From Sarea resinae (Eukaryota), in assembly GCA_026026165.1 (NCBI GenBank), contig JAPEUD010000031.1, positions 186,001-239,303 on the forward strand: a stretch of DNA of 53,303 bases, given 5' to 3'. Position 1 is the first letter of the stretch; every line of letters starts with the position of its first letter. The notes under the pieces are model-generated. The model ran no database searches. It saw nothing but the letters and a program-made list of their open reading frames with translations, and was not told the DNA's origin. Below are positions 49,207 to 53,303 of this stretch, one piece after another. Both the position numbers and the translations under genes were made by a program.

Positions 49207-50924
49207 GTTTGCGGTGATTGTTGAATTTAAAATGCAAAGAATTCTGCGTTGTTTCTTGCTTGGTCGAGCTTCAAGGGAAGGATGTTGCAGTCGTTGCAAG
49301 TCGATGGCGTTTGTCCTGCCTTTATATAGACTTGCAGGCCGACATTCTTGTGAGCCGTCACTCTGTCACCGCGTTCTCTTCTGCTCTGAACTCCAAGGAA
49401 TTCATAGGCTTGACTTTGCGAAAGTGAGAATCATGGCCCGATGAAATCAGCGGCGGCCGACAATATGCTGGCGAGCGGCAGGGGCATGCGATACTCCTTC
49501 CCCATAAATGGTTGGTGGCGGCAGCCTTGGATCTTTGTCAGCATTGCGTCTGATCGACCTGCTCGCATTGCCTCATGCTGTATGGGTCACTGCGACTTCC
49601 AACCGCTGTCTGTTTAATATTCCCCTTCTTCTACTAGCCATAGCACATTTCAACTGCCTACCCATTGTTGGGCGACCCCGCTGTTGTTGATCCTAGCCGA
49701 CGTAAGGCAGTGCGCAATCTGGCTGCGCGAGTATCAATCAATCAGGAAGCACATTAAACGACACAGAACAGGCTTGGAATGTCTGCCATGCATTGTCATG
49801 CATGCATATCGCGGTCAAAGGCATGCGCATGACAAAGCCCTGCCTGCTTGTGGCTTCTGCGCCAGCTGCCAGCATCTCTGCAGATACGTCTTGGCGTCGA
49901 AGAGTAAACGCCTGCGGGTGAGTAAGCCGGGCAAACACTTTCTGGCCCCTTAATCGACGTCGCCTCCCATTGTCTTCCTATCTCATAAAGTCAACAAGAT
50001 CATACTCGTCTCTATTGCCCAAATCCCTACATCTTCCTGCACGCAGTCTCAGGGGAAGAATGGCTAAGTCAGCCGGTCCAACACTTTACTAAACTTACCA
50101 GGCTGACGTGAGATGACATCATCGACCGCCACTTCAGGTCTTTCACCAATGGCTCCTGGTAGTATCGCCGAATTCTTTCCGCTGGGAAGCGTCACGGTGT
50201 CGAGAAGAAGGACGTGTTCCACCCAAAGACTTCACTGTCTAGCTGCTCCTCATGTTCGTGACTGTACTTCCTGCCCTTTATCCTTCTTCGTGGCCATCTC
50301 GTACGGCTTAAGGTTTACTCTACAACGCCACCAAGTCGGTCTTTTCTCAAGCTCAGGCCTCTATCTGCGTATCTTTGCGGCCATTCCAGGCTGCACTCTT
50401 TGTCGCACTACGCAAATACAGATGCGTCTACCTAGACATTTCTATCACGACTTGTGCGCATTGGGCATGGCTTATAGAGATTCAAAACACAGCGATAGAG
50501 TTAAGAGAGATGCATAAAACTCAAGTGATTTTTAAGTCGCATAGGCGATCGCGATGCTTAAGAGGCACAATTAAACACAAGCACATGCTGAGAGGCAAGT
50601 GAGAGACGTTACTAAAATTATATCTTAGGATAATATCATGCGAGATAGACTAGAGAGATCTCTGACTATAGATAGAGTAGCTAAGTAGGTCCTAATTATT
50701 AGTTGCCTTTATATATAAAAGCTATCTCTAATACTATCTTTAATGCTAAATCCTTATTCTTAATGCTAAATTCCTAACGATATAGATAAGAATTAATCGC
50801 TTATACAAAAATTAAGCGAATTTTAAACAATAAAGAGTAGATAGGAATTAGGATAGGAATTACCTTAGAGTTACACATTTTATTAACAATTTAAAAGAGT
50901 GTAACTTAACTGTATTACAGCCTA

Positions 50925-51229
50925 TAAAGACACTGTCTTCCTACTAATCTTTGCCTCTTTAAAGCATTAAACTAAGCTCTAAGTAAGAATTAATAGTGTT
51001 CTCTTAATAGTGTTTTTATACTTATTAAAAGACACTCTCTATCTACTAACCTAATTACTTTAAGAGCTGCCTTAATCCTTACCTATACACTTACTCTTTG
51101 TTTATTTAATTGCTAGCCTACTAGTGTTAATTATATACTCTTAGAGTTACTTTATACCTTAGAGTTACTTAGAGTTAAAGAGTTAAAAGGTGTATATAGT
51201 AAGCTAAGGCAGACTAATAACACACTTTA
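50925..51229. repeat. ~300-bp direct repeat, copy 1
   Basis: taaagacactgtcttc...agactaataacacacttta aligns with 51621-51925. Confidence 0.85.
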
Positions 51230-51620
51230 CACTCTACACCTACACTTATATAGCGCCTAAAGAAAAAAGAAGGCTTATATAAAGTAGGTCTATTAAGTAG
51301 GCTGCTTAAACAACGCTAATAAGTAGCTACTTATAGTATAACTAGTAGCTAGCTAAATAGAGAAGAGTAGGATACCTATAGCTTAGTAAGTAATAATTAT
51401 ATATAGATTCTATACTTTAATAACTACTATCTTTATAGAGTTAAATACTAAGGTTCTAACCTTCTATATTTAGAGCCTTCTATATAAGAGTTGCTTTAGT
51501 GCTTAATAGCCTCTATTACTCTACTTATATAACTCTATTCTAGTTCTATACTATTCTATAGCTTTTTATACTATAGTAGTGCAGCTGCTATATATAGCAA
51601 CCTAACTATATTGCACTAGC

Positions 51621-51925
51621 TAAAGACATTGTCTTCTTACTAATCTTTACCTCTTTAAGGTATTAAACTAAGCCTAAGTAAGAATTAATAGTGTTTTCTT
51701 AATAGTGTTTTTATACTTGTTAAAAAACGCTCTCTACCTACTAACCTAACTACTTTAATAGCTGCCTTAATCTTTACCTATATACCTACTCTTTATTTAT
51801 TTAATTGCTAGCCTGCTAGCGTTAATTTCCTACCCTTAGAGTTGCTTTATCTCTTAGAGTTACTTAGAGTTAGAGGTATTAAAAGGTGATTGCAGCTAGC
51901 TAAGACAGACTAATAACGCACTTTA
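51621..51925. repeat. ~300-bp direct repeat, copy 2
   Basis: taaagacattgtcttc...agactaataacgcacttta aligns with 50925-51229, mostly with transition differences. Confidence 0.85.
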
Positions 51926-53176
51926 TCTCTAGCGCTATAGAGAGACAAAATAGACGCACTAAATTAGTGCTAAAGTAGAACACCTAGATAGTCTTAATAA
52001 CTCCTTATATAGTTAATAAGATAGCTATAACAACTACTTAACAACCTACTACTAAGGTATAATTAGTAGAATAGTATAAAGCAAAGAGATTAGAAAGTGA
52101 CTGCTTCTCTAGAAAAGAAGTAGTAGAAGAGCTCTTAATTAATTAATTTAACTAAAGAATAAAGAACTACTCTACGCTTAAAAGCTGCCTAAAAAGCTAA
52201 ACATAACTAAACTAATAAACTTCTCTAAATTTAATCCTAACTCTTTAATATAACACTATTCTCTTTAAACTATATACCTTAAAAACAATGTATATAACTT
52301 ACTAACTAATCCTAACTAAACTATTCTAATCTATAACATCCTTCCTCTCTATAAAGTAAAAGGTGTCTCTTAACTTTTAATAAGATTATTATTGTTATAC
52401 TTAGTAGAAGAGTGTGTAGCTCTAATTCTAGAGGAGTAACAAACACGTTTTAGATCTAGTGTGTTATTAGAATCTAATTAATCTCTCTTATTTGTTGTCC
52501 TAGCTAGCTCTAATCCTAAAGGCAATATAGTAGCAAACTGCTATAATACTATATTAAGCTCTATATTCTTAGCAGTATAGGTTAGATAAGAGACAGTCTT
52601 ATTAAAAACATCTTTAATTAGTAGTAGTACTAGTGTGCCTTTTAGAAGCTTAACTAGGTGTAGTAGTATATAGTAGTAAAGAATAGTAGTGCTAAACTAA
52701 ATAGGACTTATAACTATACTAAAGAGAGATAGGTAAACAGATAAGGATATAGCTCTTACTAGAGAGAAGACTGTAGTAGGTTTAGTTAGTAGTTGCTATA
52801 TATTCTTAGCTTTATAGACTCTTTAAGCAACTTGTTTAAATAGTGTTTATCTAAGTAATATTAACTTTAGAATTAAAGTTAAGCTTTTAGCTAGAGTGCT
52901 AAGTAAACTCCTAGATAGTCTAGGTGTTTCTTTAGCAGACTTATCGCTATTATATTTATAGTTAGATAGTTCTAGATCTTTATTATTGCTTATAACATTC
53001 ACGTTATAATCTCTTGCTTAAAAGAATAATTTTTAGCTGTAGATACATCTTTCTTCCTTTTCTACTAGGGTCTAACTCTTCTTAATTATTTTTATAGCTG
53101 TGCTCTACTATTCCTTAACAAATTCTCTTAGCTTTTGCACTTTACTTCTTAGAATAATATCTCTTTCTTTAATTAC

Positions 53177-53303
53177 TAGGGTTAGGGTTAGGGTTAGGGT
53201 TAGGGTTAGGGTTAGGGTTAGGGTTAGGGTTAGGGTTAGGGTTAGGGTTAGGGTTAGGGTTAGGGTTAGGGTTAGGGTTAGGGTTAGGGTTAGGGTTAGG
53301 GTT
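53177..53303 (+). repeat. Telomere (TTAGGG)n, about 21 units, chromosome end
   Basis: Perfect TTAGGG array running to the end of the sequence, with the G-rich strand 5'->3' toward the end. Confidence 0.98.

Larger units (their letters stand above)
50610..53176. mobile_element. Subtelomeric AT-rich block of RIP-degenerate repeats
   Basis: Very low GC, CpA/TpG depletion, TpA excess and no ORF of 60 aa or more. It contains an internal ~300-bp duplication and a copy of the 39.1-kb element. Confidence 0.8.

Noticed and set aside
49400..50600. Several short ORFs between the MDR gene and the RIP block
   Set aside because: No motifs or consistent coding bias; probably promoter or degraded sequence.
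52000..53176. Assignment of the terminal block to a specific transposon class or telomere-linked helicase
   Set aside because: Too heavily mutated to read diagnostic motifs by eye.

Overview
Right-hand end of a filamentous ascomycete (Pezizomycotina) chromosome. It has intron-containing genes with GT-AG splice sites and CTAAC/CTGAC branch points, RIP-type AT-rich relics, and a terminal (TTAGGG)n telomere at 53177-53303. From left to right: the 5' part of a phospholipase D gene, SEC7 and LAT1 (PDH E2), then a divergent lamB (PxpA-like)/lamA (urea-carboxylase-like) pair, an APH-type kinase, an F-box-like gene and an alkaline ceramidase. Next is a compact five-gene UDP-L-rhamnose locus (25.1-34.9 kb) encoding an NRS/ER epimerase-reductase, a UDP-glucose 4,6-dehydratase, a nucleotide-sugar transporter and two paralogous type-II-membrane DUF5672 proteins, which are candidate undescribed Golgi rhamnosyltransferases. 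After an RTA1-family gene comes a subtelomeric accessory block: a frameshifted kinase-like gene, a REase-like gene, an OTT_1508-like deaminase-MYND fusion, an APH kinase, a 2EXR protein and an MDR enoyl reductase. About 2.6 kb of RIP-degenerate repeats then run directly into the telomere. Gene models were built by hand from the ORF track and splice signals. Family assignments come from motif recognition, not database searches.
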